Positions 1 through 14,300 of a stretch of DNA of 64,000 nucleotides are shown piece after piece. The translations under genes and the position numbers were made by a program. Source of the stretch: the human T2T-CHM13v2.0 reference genome, Homo sapiens; the NCBI RefSeq assembly GCF_009914755.1, contig NC_060933.1. One strand, given 5' to 3'. The first letter of the stretch is position 1, and the number at the start of each line of letters is the position of its first letter. The notes below the pieces were generated by a model. That model was given only the letters and a program-made list of their open reading frames with translations. It was not told the DNA's origin and ran no database searches.

Positions 1-149
1 TTGCAATCGAGTTGATTCCATTCCATTCCATTCCATTCCATTCCAATCCATTCCGGATGATTCCATTCCATTGCCTTTCATTCCATTCCATTACCATGCA
101 CTCGGGTTGTTTCCATTCCATTCCATTCCATTCCATTCCATTCCATTTC

Positions 150-1520
150 ATTGCACACGGGTTCATTCCATTCCATTCCATTCCATTCCGTTCCATTCCA
201 TTCCGTTCCATTCCATTCCATTCCATTCTGTTCAGGTTAATTCCATTCTATTCCTTTCCCTTCCATTCCATTCCATTCCATCCCATTGCAATCGAGTTCA
301 TTCCATTGCATTCCATTCCATTACATTCCATTGCATTCCATTCCATTCCATTCCCCTGCACTCAGGTTGATTCCATTCGATTCCATTCCATTCCATTCCA
401 TTCCATTCCGTTCCATTCCATTCCATTCCATTCTATTCGCGTTAATTGCATTCCATTCCATTCCATCACATTCCATTGCAATCGAGTTGATTCCATTCCA
501 TTCCGTTCCATTCCATTCCATTCCATTCCATTTCGTTCCATTCCATTCTATTCCGTACCATTCCATTCCATTCCATTCCATTCCATTCCATTCCATTCCA
601 TTCCATTCCATTCCATGCCATGCCATTCCACTCGGTTTTATTCCATTCCTTTCCATTCCATTCGGGTTGAATCCATTCCATTCCATTCCATTCCATTCGA
701 TTCCATTACTTTGCACTCGGGTTGATTCCATTCCATTCCATTCCTTTACTTTTCATTCCATTCTACTCCATTCCATGCCATTCCACGCGGGTTTATTCCA
801 TTCCTTTCCATTCCATTCGTGTTGAATCCATTCCATTCCATTCCATTCCATTCGATTCCATTACACTGCACTCGGGTTGATTCCATTCCATTCCATTCCA
901 TTACATTTCATTCCATTCCATTCCTTTCCATTCCATTCCATTCCATTCCATTCCATTCCATGCCATTCCACTCGTGTTGATTCCATTCCTTTCCATTCCA
1001 TTCGAGTTGAACCCATTCCATTCCATTCCATTCCATTCCATTCCATTCCATTGCACACGGGTTCATTCCATTCCATTCCATTCCATTCCGTTCCATTCCA
1101 TTCCGTTCCATTCCATTCCATTCCATTCTGTTCAGGTTAATTCCATTCTATTCCTTTCCCTTCCATTCCATTCCATTCCATCCCATTGCAATCGAGTTGA
1201 TTCCATTGCATTCCATTCCATTACATTCCATTGCATTCCATTCCATTCCATTCCCCTGCACTCAGGTTGATTCCATTCGATTCCATTCCATTCCATTCCA
1301 TTCCATTCCGTTCCATTCCATTCCATTCCATTCTATTCGCGATAATAGCATTCCATTCCATTCCATTACATTCCATTGCAATCGAGTTGATTCCATTCCA
1401 TTCCGTTCCATTCCATTCCATTCCATTCCATTTCGTTCCATTCCATTCTATTCCGTACCATTCCATTCCATTCCATTCCAATCCATTCCATTCCATTCCA
1501 TTCCATTCCATTCCATGCCA
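150..1520 (+). repeat. Internal direct repeat with 900-bp spacing in the left-type unit
   Basis: Sequence at 181-420 is nearly identical to 1081-1320. The same pair occurs at 11581/12481. Confidence 0.9.
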
Positions 1521-1589
1521 TTCCACTCGGGTTGATTCCATTGCTTTCCATTCCATTTGGGTTGAATCCATTCCATTCCATTCCATTCC

Positions 1590-4500
1590 ATTCCATTCCA
1601 TTCCATTCCTTTCCGTTCCATTCCATTCCATTCCATTCCATTCCATTCCGTTCCGTTCCGTTCCGTTCCGTTCCATTCCATTCCATTCCATTCTATTCGG
1701 GTTAATTCCATTCCATTCCATTCGATTGCAATCGAGTTGATTCCATTCCATTCCATTCCATTCCATTCCATTCCATTCCATTCCTTTCCATTCCATTACG
1801 GATGATTCCATTCCATTGCATTCCATTCCATTCCATTCCCCTGTACTCGGGTTGATTCCATTCCATTCCATTCCAATTCATGCCATTCCACTCGTGTTGA
1901 TTCCATTCTTTCCATTCCATTCAAGTTGAATCCATTACATTGCATTCCATTCCATTCGATTCCATTCGATTGCACTCGGGTTGATTCCATTCCATTGCTT
2001 TCCATTCCATTCCATTCCATTCCATTCCGTTCCATTCCATTTCATTACATTCAGATTGATTCTATTCAATTCACTTACACTCCATTATATTCCAATCCAT
2101 TCTGGTTGTTTCCATTCCATTCCATTCCATTTCACTCCATTCCATTGCACTCGGGTTGATTCCATTCCATTCCATTCCATTGCATTCCATTCCATTCCAT
2201 TCCTGATGATTCCATTCCGTTGCATTCCATTCCATTCCATTCCCCTGCACTCGCGTTGATTCCATTCCATTCCATTCTTTACATTCCGTTCCATTCCATT
2301 CCATTCCATTTGGATTGATTCTATTCAATTCCCTTACACTCCATTCCATTCCATTCCATTCGGGTAGTTTCCATTCCATTCCATTCCATTCCTCTCCATT
2401 CCATTGCACTCGGGTTGATTCCATTCCATTCTTTCCATTCCATTCCATTCCATTCCATTCCATTCCATTCCATTCCATTGTACTCGGGTTGATTCTCTTC
2501 CACTGCATTCCATTCCATTCCATTCCATTCCATTGCATTCCATTCCATTCCATTCCGTTCCATTCCATTACATTCGGATTGTTTCTATTCAACTCCCTTA
2601 CTCTCCATTACATTCCATTCCATTCGCTTTTTTCCATTCCATTCCATTCCATTCCACTCCATTCCATTGCACTCGTGTTGATTCCATTCCATTCCAGTCC
2701 ATTCCATTCCATTCCAATCCATTGTACTCGGTTTGATTCCATTCCATTGCATTCCATTCCATTCCATTCCATTCCTTTCCATTCCTTTCCATTACTTTCG
2801 GATTGATTCTATTCAACTCCCTTACTCTCCATTACATTACATTCCATTCGGGTAGTTCCATTCCATTCCATTCCATTCCATTCCACTCCATTCCATTGCA
2901 CTCGTGTTGATTCAATTCCATTCCATTGCACTCGTGTTGATTCCATTCCATTCCATTGCATTCCGTTCCGCATGATTCTATTCCATTGCATTCCATTCCA
3001 TTCCATTCCGCTGCAGTTGGGTTGATTCCATTCCATTCCATTCAATTCCATTCCATTCCATTCCGTTCCGTTCCATTCCATTCCATTCCATTCCGTTCCA
3101 TTCCATTCCTTTCCGTTCCATTCCATTCCATTCCATTCCATTCCATTCCGTTCCGTTCCGTTCCGTTCCATTCCATTCCATTCCATTCTATTCGTGTTAA
3201 TTCCATTCCATTCCATTCGATTGCAATCGAGTTGATTCCATTCCATTCCATTCCATTCCATTCCATTCCATTCCATTCCATTACGGATGATTCCATTCCA
3301 TTGCATTCCATTCCATTCCATTCCCCTGTACTCGGGTTGATTCCATTCCATTGCATTCCATTCCATTCCATTCCATTCCATTCCATTGCATTCCATTCCG
3401 TTCCATTCCATTTCATTACATTCAGATTGATTCTATTCAATTCCCTTACACTCCATTATATTCCAATCCATTCTGGTTGTCTCCATTCCATTCCATTCCA
3501 TTTCACTCCATTCCATTGCACTCGGGTTGATTCCATTCCATTCCATTCCATTGCATTCCATTCCATTCCATTCCGGATGATTCCATTCCATTGCATTCCA
3601 TTCCATTCCATTCCCCTGCACTCGGGTTGATTCCATTCCATTCCATTCCATTACATTCCGTTCCATTCCATTCCATTCCATTCGGATTGATTGTATTCAA
3701 TTCCCTTACACTCCATTACATTCCATTCCATTCGGGTAGTTTCCATTCCATTCCATTCCTCTCCATTCCATTGCACTCGGGTTGATTCCATTCCATTCTT
3801 TCCATTCCATTCCATTCCATTCCATTCCATTCCATTCCATTCCATTCCATTGTACTTGGATTGATTCCATTCCATTGCATTCCATTCCATTCCATTCCAT
3901 TCCATTCCATTCCGTTCCATTCCGTTACATTCGGATTGTTTCTATTCAACTCCCTTACTCTCCATTACATTCCATTCCATTCGGGTTGTTCCATTCCATT
4001 CCATTCCTTTCCACTCCATTCCATTGCACTCGGGTTGATTCCATTCCATTCCATTCCATTCCATTCCATTCCATTCCAATCCATTCCATTCCATTCCGGA
4101 TGATTCCATTCCATTGCATTCCGTTCCATTACATTCCCCTACACTCGGGTTGATTCCATTCCATTCCATTCCATTCCATTCGTTTCCATTCCATTGCAAT
4201 TCTTTCCATTCCATTCTATTCCGTACCATTCCATTCCATTCCATACAATTCCATTCCATTCCATTCCATTCCATTCCATTCCATTCCATTCCATTCCGTT
4301 CCATTCCGTTCCATTCCGTTCTGTTCCGTTCCGTTCCATTCCATTCCATTCCATTCTATTCGGGTTAATTCCATTCCATTCCATTCCATTCCATTCTATA
4401 CCATTCCATTGCAATCGAGTTGAATCCATTGCATTCCATTCCATTCCATTCCATTCCATTCCGGAAGATTCCATTCCATTGCATTCCATTCCATTCCATT

Positions 4501-6050
4501 CCCCTGCACTCGGGTTTATTCTTTTCAGTTCCATTCCATTCCATTCCATTCCTCTCCATTCCATTGCACTCGGGTTGATTCCATTCCATTCCATTCCATT
4601 CCTTTCCATGCCATTCCATTCCGTTCCATTCCATTCCATTACTTTCGGATTGATTCTTTTCAACTCCCTTACTCTCCATTACATTCCATTCCATTCGGGT
4701 TGTTCCATTCCATTCCATTCCATTCCACTCCATTTCATTGCACTCGGGTTGATTCCATTCCATTCCATTCCATTCCATTCCGGATGATTCCATTCCATTG
4801 CATTCCGTTCCATTACATTCCCCTGCACTCGGGTTGATTCCATTCCATTCCATTCCATTCCGTTCGATTCCATTCCATTCCCCTGCACTCGCGTTGATTC
4901 CATTCCATTCCATTCCATTCCATTCCATTCCATTCCTTTCGGTTCCATTCCATTCCATTCCATTCCATTCCGTTCCGTTCCGTTCCATTCCATTCCATTC
5001 CATTCTATTCGGGTTAATTCCATTCCATTCCATTCGATTGCAATCGAGTTGATTCCATTCCATTCCATTCCATTCCGTTCCATTCCATTCCATTCCATTC
5101 CTTTCCATTCCATTACAGATGATTCCATTCCATTGCATTCCATTCCATTCCATTCCCCTGTACTCGGGTTGATTCCATTCCATTCCATTCCAATCCATGC
5201 CATTCCAATCGTGTTGATTCCATTCTTTCCATTCCATTCAAGTTGAATCCATTACATTGCATTCCATACCATTCCATTCCCCTGCAGTCGGGTTGATTCC
5301 ATTCTATTCCATTCCATTCTATTCCATTCCATTCCGTTCCGTTCTGTTCCGTTCCGTTCCATTCCATTCCATTCTATTCGGGTTAATTCCATTCCATTCC
5401 ATTCCATTCCATTCCATTCCAATCGAGTTGATTCCATTCCATTCCATTCCATTCCATTCCACTCCATTCCAGTCCTTTCCATTCCATTCCACTCGGGTTG
5501 ATTCCATTGTATTCCTTTCCATTCCATTCCATTCCATTGCAATCGAGTTGATTCCATTGCTTTGCATTCCATTCCATTCCATTCCATTCCGGATGATTCC
5601 ATTCCATTGCATTCCATTCCATTCCATTCCCCTGCACTCGGGTTGATTCCATTCCATTCCACTCCATTCCGTTCCATTCCATTCCACTCCATTGTATTCG
5701 GGTTAATTCCATTCCATTCCATTCCATTCCATTCCATTCCATTCCATTCCATTCCATTTCATTCCATTCCAATCCATTACAATCGAGTTGATTCCATTCC
5801 ATTCCATTCCATTCCATTCCATTCCATTCCATTCCATTCCATTCCTTTCCATTACATTACGGATTATTCCATTCCATTGCATTCCATTCCATTCCATTCC
5901 CCTGTACTCGGGTTTATTTCAATCCATTCCATTCCATTCCATGCCATTCCACTCGTGTTGATTCCATTCTTTCCATTCCATTCAAGTTGAATCCATTCAA
6001 TTGCATTCCATTCCATTCGATTCCATTCGATTGCACTCGGGTTGATTCCA
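1590..6050 (+). repeat. ~4.41-kb right-type HSat3 insert in CATTC orientation
   Basis: Absent from units 2-4. Carries reverse complements of right-type motifs (TTCTTTCCATTCCATTCAAGTTGAATCC at ~1906, ~5223, ~5967; TCGATTGCAATCGA; CCGGAAGATTCC). Confidence 0.88.
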
Positions 6051-8351
6051 TTCCATTGCATTCCATTCCGTTCCATTCCATTCCATTACATTCGGATTGA
6101 TTGTATTCAATTCCCTTACACTCCATTTCATTCCATTCCATTCGGGTTGTTTCCATGTCATTCCCTTCCATTCCACTCCATTCCATTGCACTCGGGTTGA
6201 TTCCATTCCATTCCATTCCATTCTATTCCATTTCGTTCCATTCCATTCTATTCGGAACCATTCCATTCCATTCCATTCCATTCCATTCCATTCCATGCCA
6301 TTCCACTTGGGTTGATTCCCTTCCTTTCCATTCCATTCGGGTTGAATCCATTCCATTCCATTCCATTCCATTCCATTCCATTCCATTCCTTTCCATTCCA
6401 TTGCACACGGGTTGATTCCATTCCATTCCTTTCTGTTCCATTCCGGATGACTCCATTCCATTGCATTCCATTCCATTCCATTCCCCTGCACTCGGGTTCA
6501 TTACATTCCATTCCATTTACTTCCATTCCATTCCATTCCATTCCATTCCATTCTATTCGGGTTAATTCCATTCCATTCCATTCCATTCCATTCCATTCCA
6601 TTCCATTCCGTTCCATTCAATTCCATTACATTCGGATTGATTCTTTTTAATTCCCTTACACTCCATTACATTCTATTCCATTCGGGTAGTTTCCATACCA
6701 TTCCATTCCATTCCACTGCATTCTATTGCAGTCGGGTTGATTGATTCCATTCCATTGCATGCCATTCCATTCCATTCCATTCCGGATGATTCCATTCCAT
6801 TGCATTCCATTGCATTCCATTCCCCTGTACTCGGGTTGATCCCATTCCATTGCATTCCATTCCATTCCATTCCATTCCATTCCATTCCGTTCCGTTCCAT
6901 TCCATTCCCTTCCATTCTGTTCAGGTTAATTCCATTCCATTCCATTCCCTTCCATTCCATTCCATTCCATTCCATTCCATTCCATTCCATGCCATTCCAC
7001 TCGGGTTGATTCCATTCCTTTCCATTCCATTCGAGTTGAACCCATTCCATTCCATTCCATTCCATTCCACTCGGGTTGATTCCATTCCTTTCCATTCCAT
7101 TCGGGTTGAAACCATTCCATTCCATTCCATTCCTTTCGATTCCATTCCATTTCACTCGGGTTGATCCCATTCCATTGCATTCCATTCCATTCCATTGCAT
7201 TCCATTCCGTTCCATTCCATTCCATTACATTCGTATTGATTCTATTCAATTCCCTTACTCTCCATTACATTCCATTCCATTCGAGTTGTTTCCATTCCAT
7301 TCCATTCCATTCCACTCCATTCCATTGCTATCGGGTTGATTCCATTCCATTCCATTGCATTCCATTCCATTCCATTCCATTCCGTATGATTCCATTCCAT
7401 TGCATTCCATTCCATTCCATTCCCCTGCACTCGGGTGGATTCCATTCTATTCCATTCCATTCCATTCCATTCCATTCCATTCCATTCCATTCTATTCGGG
7501 TTAATATCATTCCATTCCATTCCATTCCCTTCCATTGCATTCCATTCCATTTCATTCCATTCCATTCAAATCGAGTTGATTCCATTCCATTCCATTCCAT
7601 TCCATTCCATTCCATTCCATTCCATTCTATTCGGGTTAATTCCATTCCATTCCATTCCATTCCATTCCCTTCCATTCCATTCTATTCCATTCCATTCCAT
7701 TCCATTCCATTCTAGTAGGGTTAATTCCATTCCATTCCATTCCATTCCATTCCATTCCATTCCATTCCATTCCATTCCTTTCCATTCCATTGCAATCGAG
7801 TTGATTCCATTCCATTCCATTCCGTTCCATTCCATTCCATTCCATTCAATTCCATTGAACTCGGGTTGATTCCATTCCATTCCATGCCATTCCATTTCAT
7901 TCCATTCCATTCCATTCCATTCCATTCCATTCCATTCCTTTCCATTCCTTTCCGTTCCATTCAATTACATTCGGATTGATTGATTGATTCTATTGATTCT
8001 ATTCAATTCCCTTACACTCCAATACATTCTATTCCATTCGTGTTGTTTCCATTCTATTCCATTCCATTCCACTCCATTCCATTGCACTCTGGTTGATTCC
8101 ATTCCATTCCCTTCCATTCCGTATGACTCCATTCCATTTCATTCCATTGCTTTGCTTTCCCCTGCACTCGAGTTGATTACATTCCATTCCCTTCCTTTAC
8201 GTTCCATTCCATTCTATTCGGGTTAATTCCATTCCATTCCATTACATTCCATTCCCTTCCATTCCATTCCATTCCATTCCATTCCATTCCATTCGATTCT
8301 ATTCGGGTTAATTCCATTCCATTCCATTCCATTCCATTCCATTCCATTCCA

Positions 8352-11300
8352 TTGCAATCGAGTTGATTCCATTCCATTCCATTCCATTCCATTCCAATCC
8401 ATTCCGGATGATTCCATTCCATTGCCTTTCATTCCATTCCATTACCATGCACTCGGGTTGTTTCCATTCCATTCCATTCCATTCCATTCCATTCCATTTC
8501 ATTGCACACGGGTTCATTCCATTCCATTCCATTCCATTCCGTTCCATTCCATTCCGTTCCATTCCATTCCATTCCATTCTGTTCAGGTTAATTCCATTCT
8601 ATTCCTTTCCCTTCCATTCCATTCCATTCCATCCCATTGCAATCGAGTTCATTCCATTGCATTCCATTCCATTACATTCCATTGCATTCCATTCCATTCC
8701 ATTCCCCTGCACTCAGGTTGATTCCATTCGATTCCATTCCATTCCATTCCATTCCATTCCGTTCCATTCCATTCCATTCCATTCTATTCGCGTTAATTGC
8801 ATTCCATTCCATTCCATTACATTCCATTGCAATCGAGTTGATTCCATTCCATTACGTTCCATTCCATTCCATTCCATTCCATTTCATTCCATTCCATTCT
8901 ATTCCGTACCATTCCATTCCATTCCATTCCATTCCATTCCATTCCATTCCATTCCATGCCATTCCACTCGGGTTGATTCCATTGCTTTCCATTCCATTTG
9001 GGTTGAATCCATTCCATTCCATTCCATTCCATTCCATTCCATTCCATTCCATTGCACTAGGTTTGATTCCATTCCACTGCATTCCATTCCATTCCATTCC
9101 ATTCCGTTCCATTCCATTCCATTACATTCGGATTGATTGTATTCAATTCCCTTACACTCCATTTCATTCCATTCCATTCGGGTTGTTTCCATGTCATTCC
9201 ATTCCATTCCACTCCATTCCATTGCACTCGGGTTGATTCCATTCCATTCCATTCCATTCTATTCCATTTCGTTCCATTCCATTCTATTCGGTACCATTCC
9301 ATTACATTCCATTCCATTCCATTCCATTCCATTCCATTCCATGCCATTCCACTTGGGTTGATTCCCTTCCTTTCCATTCCATTCGGGTTGAATCCATTCC
9401 ATTCCATTCCATTCCATTCCATTCCATTCCATTCCTTTCCATTCCATTGCACACGGGTTGATTGCATTCCATTCCTTTCTGTTCCATTCCGGATGACTCC
9501 ATTCCATTGCATTCCATTCCATTCCATTCCCCTGCACTCGGGTTCATTACATTCCATTCCATTTACTTCCATTCCATTCCATTCCATTCCATTCCATTCT
9601 ATTCGGGTTAATTCCATTCCATTCCATTCCATTCCATTCCATTCCATTCCATTCCATTCCGTTCCATTCAATTCCATTACATTCGGATTGATTCTTTTTA
9701 ATTCCCTTACACTCCATTACATTCTATTCCATTCGGGTAGTTTCCATACCATTCCATTCCATTCCACTGCATTCTATTGCAGTCGGGTTGATTGATTCCA
9801 TTCCATTGCATGCCATTCCATTCCATTCCATTCCGGATGATTCCATTCCATTGCATTCCATTGCATTCCATTCCCCTGTACTCGGGTTGATCCCATTCCA
9901 TTGCATTCCATTCCATTCCATTCCATTCCATTCCATTCCGTTCCGTTCCATTCCATTCCCTTCCATTCTGTTCAGGTTAATTCCATTCCATTCCATTCCC
10001 TTCCATTCCATTCCATTCCATTCCATTCCATTCCATTCCATGCCATTCCACTCGGGTTGATTCCATTCCTTTCCATTCCATTCGAGTTGAACCCATTCCA
10101 TTCCATTCCATTCCATTCCACTCGGGTTGATTCCATTCCTTTCCATTCCATTCGGGTTGAAACCATTCCATTCCATTCCATTCCTTTCGATTCCATTCCA
10201 TTTCACTCGGGTTGATCCCATTCCATTGCATTCCATTCCATTCCATTGCATTCCATTCCGTTCCATTCCATTCCATTACATTCGTATTGATTCTATTCAA
10301 TTCCCTTACTCTCCATTACATTCCATTCCATTCGAGTTGTTTCCATTCCATTCCATTCCATTCCACTCCATTCCATTGCTATCGGGTTGATTCCATTCCA
10401 TTCCATTGCATTCCATTCCATTCCATTCCATTCCGTATGATTCCATTCAATTGCATTCCATTCCATTCCATTCCCCTGCACTCGGGTGGATTCCATTCTA
10501 TTCCATTCCATTCCATTCCATTCCATTCCATTCTATTCGGGTTAATATCATTCCATTCCATTCCATTCCCTTCCATTGCATTCCATTCCATTTCATTCCA
10601 TTCCATTCAAATCGAGTTGATTCCATTCCATTCCATTCCATTCCATTCCATTCCATTCCATTCCATTCCATTCTATTCGGGTTAATTCCATTCCATTCCA
10701 TTCCATTCCATTCCCTTCCATTCCATTCTATTCCATTCCATTCCATTCCATTCCATTCCATTCTAGTAGGGTTAATTCCATTCCATTCCATTCCATTCCA
10801 TTCCATTCCATTCCTTTCCATTCCATTGCAATCGAGTTGATTCCATTCCATTCCATTCCGTTCCATTCCATTCCATTCCATTCAATTCCATTGAACTCGG
10901 GTTGATTCCTTTCCATTCCATGCCATTCCATTTCATTCCATTCCATTCCATTCCATTCCATTCCATTGCATTCCATTCCTTTCCGTTCCATTCAATTACA
11001 TTCGGATTGATTGATTGATTCTATTGATTCTATTCAATTCCCTTACACTCCAATACATTCTATTCCATTCGTGTTGTTTCCATTCTATTACATTCCATTC
11101 CACTCCATTCCATTGCACTCTGGTTGATTCCATTCCATTCCCTTCCATTCCGTATGACTCCATTCCATTTCATTCCATTGCATTGCTTTCCCCTGCACTC
11201 GAGTTGATTACATTCCATTCCCTTCCTTTACGTTCCATTCCATTCTATTCGGGTTAATTCCATTCCATTCCATTACATTCCATTCCCTTCCATTCCATTC

Positions 11301-11392
11301 CATTCCATTCCATTCCATTCCATTCGATTCTATTCGGGTTAATTCCATTCCATTCCATTCCATTCTATTCCGTTCCATTCCATTCCATTCCA
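8352..11392 (+). repeat. Left-type higher-order unit 2 (3041 bp; lacks the 900-bp internal duplication)
   Basis: Same start (TTGCAATCGAGTTG...CAATCCATTCCGGATG...ACCATGCACTCGGG) and same tail landmarks (CTAGTAGGG, GATTGATTGATTCTATTGATTC, CTTTACG), but only one copy of the internal block. Confidence 0.9.
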
Positions 11393-14300
11393 TTGCAATC
11401 GAGTTGATTCCATTCCATTCCATTCCATTCCATTCCAATCCATTCCGGATGATTCCATTCCATTGCCTTTCATTCCATTCCATTACCATGCACTCGGGTT
11501 GTTTCCATTCCATTCCATTCCATTCCATTCCATTCCATTTCATTGCACACGGGTTCATTCCATTCCATTCCATTCCATTCCGTTCCATTCCATTCCGTTC
11601 CATTCCATTCCATTCCATTCTGTTCAGGTTAATTCCATTCTATTCCTTTCCCTTCCATTCCATTCCATTCCATCCCATTGCAATCGAGTTCATTCCATTG
11701 CATTCCATTCCATTACATTCCATTGCATTCCATTCCATTCCATTCCCCTGCACTCAGGTTGATTCCATTCGATTCCATTCCATTCCATTCCATTCCATTC
11801 CGTTCCATTCCATTCCATTCCATTCTATTCGCGTTAATTGCATTCCATTCCATTCCATCACATTCCATTGCAATCGAGTTGATTCCATTCCATTCCGTTC
11901 CATTCCATTCCATTCCATTCCATTTCGTTCCATTCCATTCTATTCCGTACCATTCCATTCCATTCCATTCCATTCCATTCCATTCCATTCCATTCCATTC
12001 CATTCCATGCCATGCCATTCCACTCGGTTTTATTCCATTCCTTTCCATTCCATTCGGGTTGAATCCATTCCATTCCATTCCATTCCATTCGATTCCATTA
12101 CTTTGCACTCGGGTTGATTCCATTCCATTCCATTCCTTTACTTTTCATTCCATTCTACTCCATTCCATGCCATTCCACGCGGGTTTATTCCATTCCTTTC
12201 CATTCCATTCGTGTTGAATCCATTCCATTCCATTCCATTCCATTCGATTCCATTACACTGCACTCGGGTTGATTCCATTCCATTCCATTCCATTACATTT
12301 CATTCCATTCCATTCCTTTCCATTCCATTCCATTCCATTCCATTCCATTCCATGCCATTCCACTCGTGTTGATTCCATTCCTTTCCATTCCATTCGAGTT
12401 GAACCCATTCCATTCCATTCCATTCCATTCCATTCCATTCCATTGCACACGGGTTCATTCCATTCCATTCCATTCCATTCCGTTCCATTCCATTCCGTTC
12501 CATTCCATTCCATTCCATTCTGTTCAGGTTAATTCCATTCTATTCCTTTCCCTTCCATTCCATTCCATTCCATCCCATTGCAATCGAGTTGATTCCATTG
12601 CATTCCATTCCATTACATTCCATTGCATTCCATTCCATTCCATTCCCCTGCACTCAGGTTGATTCCATTCGATTCCATTCCATTCCATTCCATTCCATTC
12701 CGTTCCATTCCATTCCATTCCATTCTATTCGCGATAATAGCATTCCATTCCATTCCATTACATTCCATTGCAATCGAGTTGATTCCATTCCATTCCGTTC
12801 CATTCCATTCCATTCCATTCCATTTCGTTCCATTCCATTCTATTCCGTACCATTCCATTCCATTCCATTCCAATCCATTCCATTCCATTCCATTCCATTC
12901 CATTCCATGCCATTCCACTCGGGTTGATTCCATTGCTTTCCATTCCATTTGGGTTGAATCCATTCCATTCCATTCCATTCCATTCCATTCCATTGCACTA
13001 GGTTTGATTCCATTCCACTGCATTCCATTCCATTCCATTCCATTCCATTCCGTTCCATTCCATTCCATTACATTCGGATTGATTGTATTCAATTCCCTTA
13101 CACTCCATTTCATTCCATTCCATTCGGGTTGTTTCCATGTCATTCCCTTCCATTCCACTCCATTCCATTGCACTCGGGTTGATTCCATTCCATTCCATTC
13201 CATTCTATTCCATTTCGTTCCATTCCATTCTATTCGGAACCATTCCATTCCATTCCATTCCATTCCATTCCATTCCATGCCATTCCACTTGGGTTGATTC
13301 CCTTCCTTTCCATTCCATTCGGGTTGAATCCATTCCATTCCATTCCATTCCATTCCATTCCATTCCATTCCTTTCCATTCCATTGCACACGGGTTGATTC
13401 CATTCCATTCCTTTCTGTTCCATTCCGGATGACTCCATTCCATTGCATTCCATTCCATTCCATTCCCCTGCACTCGGGTTCATTACATTCCATTCCATTT
13501 ACTTCCATTCCATTCCATTCCATTCCATTCCATTCTATTCGGGTTAATTCCATTCCATTCCATTCCATTCCATTCCATTCCATTCCATTCCGTTCCATTC
13601 AATTCCATTACATTCGGATTGATTCTTTTTAATTCCCTTACACTCCATTACATTCTATTCCATTCGGGTAGTTTCCATACCATTCCATTCCATTCCACTG
13701 CATTCTATTGCAGTCGGGTTGATTGATTCCATTCCATTGCATGCCATTCCATTCCATTCCATTCCGGATGATTCCATTCCATTGCATTCCATTGCATTCC
13801 ATTCCCCTGTACTCGGGTTGATCCCATTCCATTGCATTCCATTCCATTCCATTCCATTCCATTCCATTCCGTTCCGTTCCATTCCATTCCCTTCCATTCT
13901 GTTCAGGTTAATTCCATTCCATTCCATTCCCTTCCATTCCATTCCATTCCATTCCATTCCATTCCATTCCATGCCATTCCACTCGGGTTGATTCCATTCC
14001 TTTCCATTCCATTCGAGTTGAACCCATTCCATTCCATTCCATTCCATTCCACTCGGGTTGATTCCATTCCTTTCCATTCCATTCGGGTTGAAACCATTCC
14101 ATTCCATTCCATTCCTTTCGATTCCATTCCATTTCACTCGGGTTGATCCCATTCCATTGCATTCCATTCCATTCCATTGCATTCCATTCCGTTCCATTCC
14201 ATTCCATTACATTCGTATTGATTCTATTCAATTCCCTTACTCTCCATTACATTCCATTCCATTCGAGTTGTTTCCATTCCATTCCATTCCATTCCACTCC

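Larger units (their letters stand above)
1..8351 (+). repeat. Left-type higher-order unit 1 (8351 bp = ~3.95-kb unit + ~4.41-kb insert)
   Basis: 1-~1570 matches 11393-~12960 (offset 11392). ~6060-8351 matches ~13040-15343 (offset 6982-6992). Identical ORF translations occur at these offsets. Confidence 0.9.

Noticed and set aside
1590-6050. Insert as a mobile element
   Set aside because: It is entirely HSat3, with no terminal repeats, poly-A tail or discernible target-site duplication.
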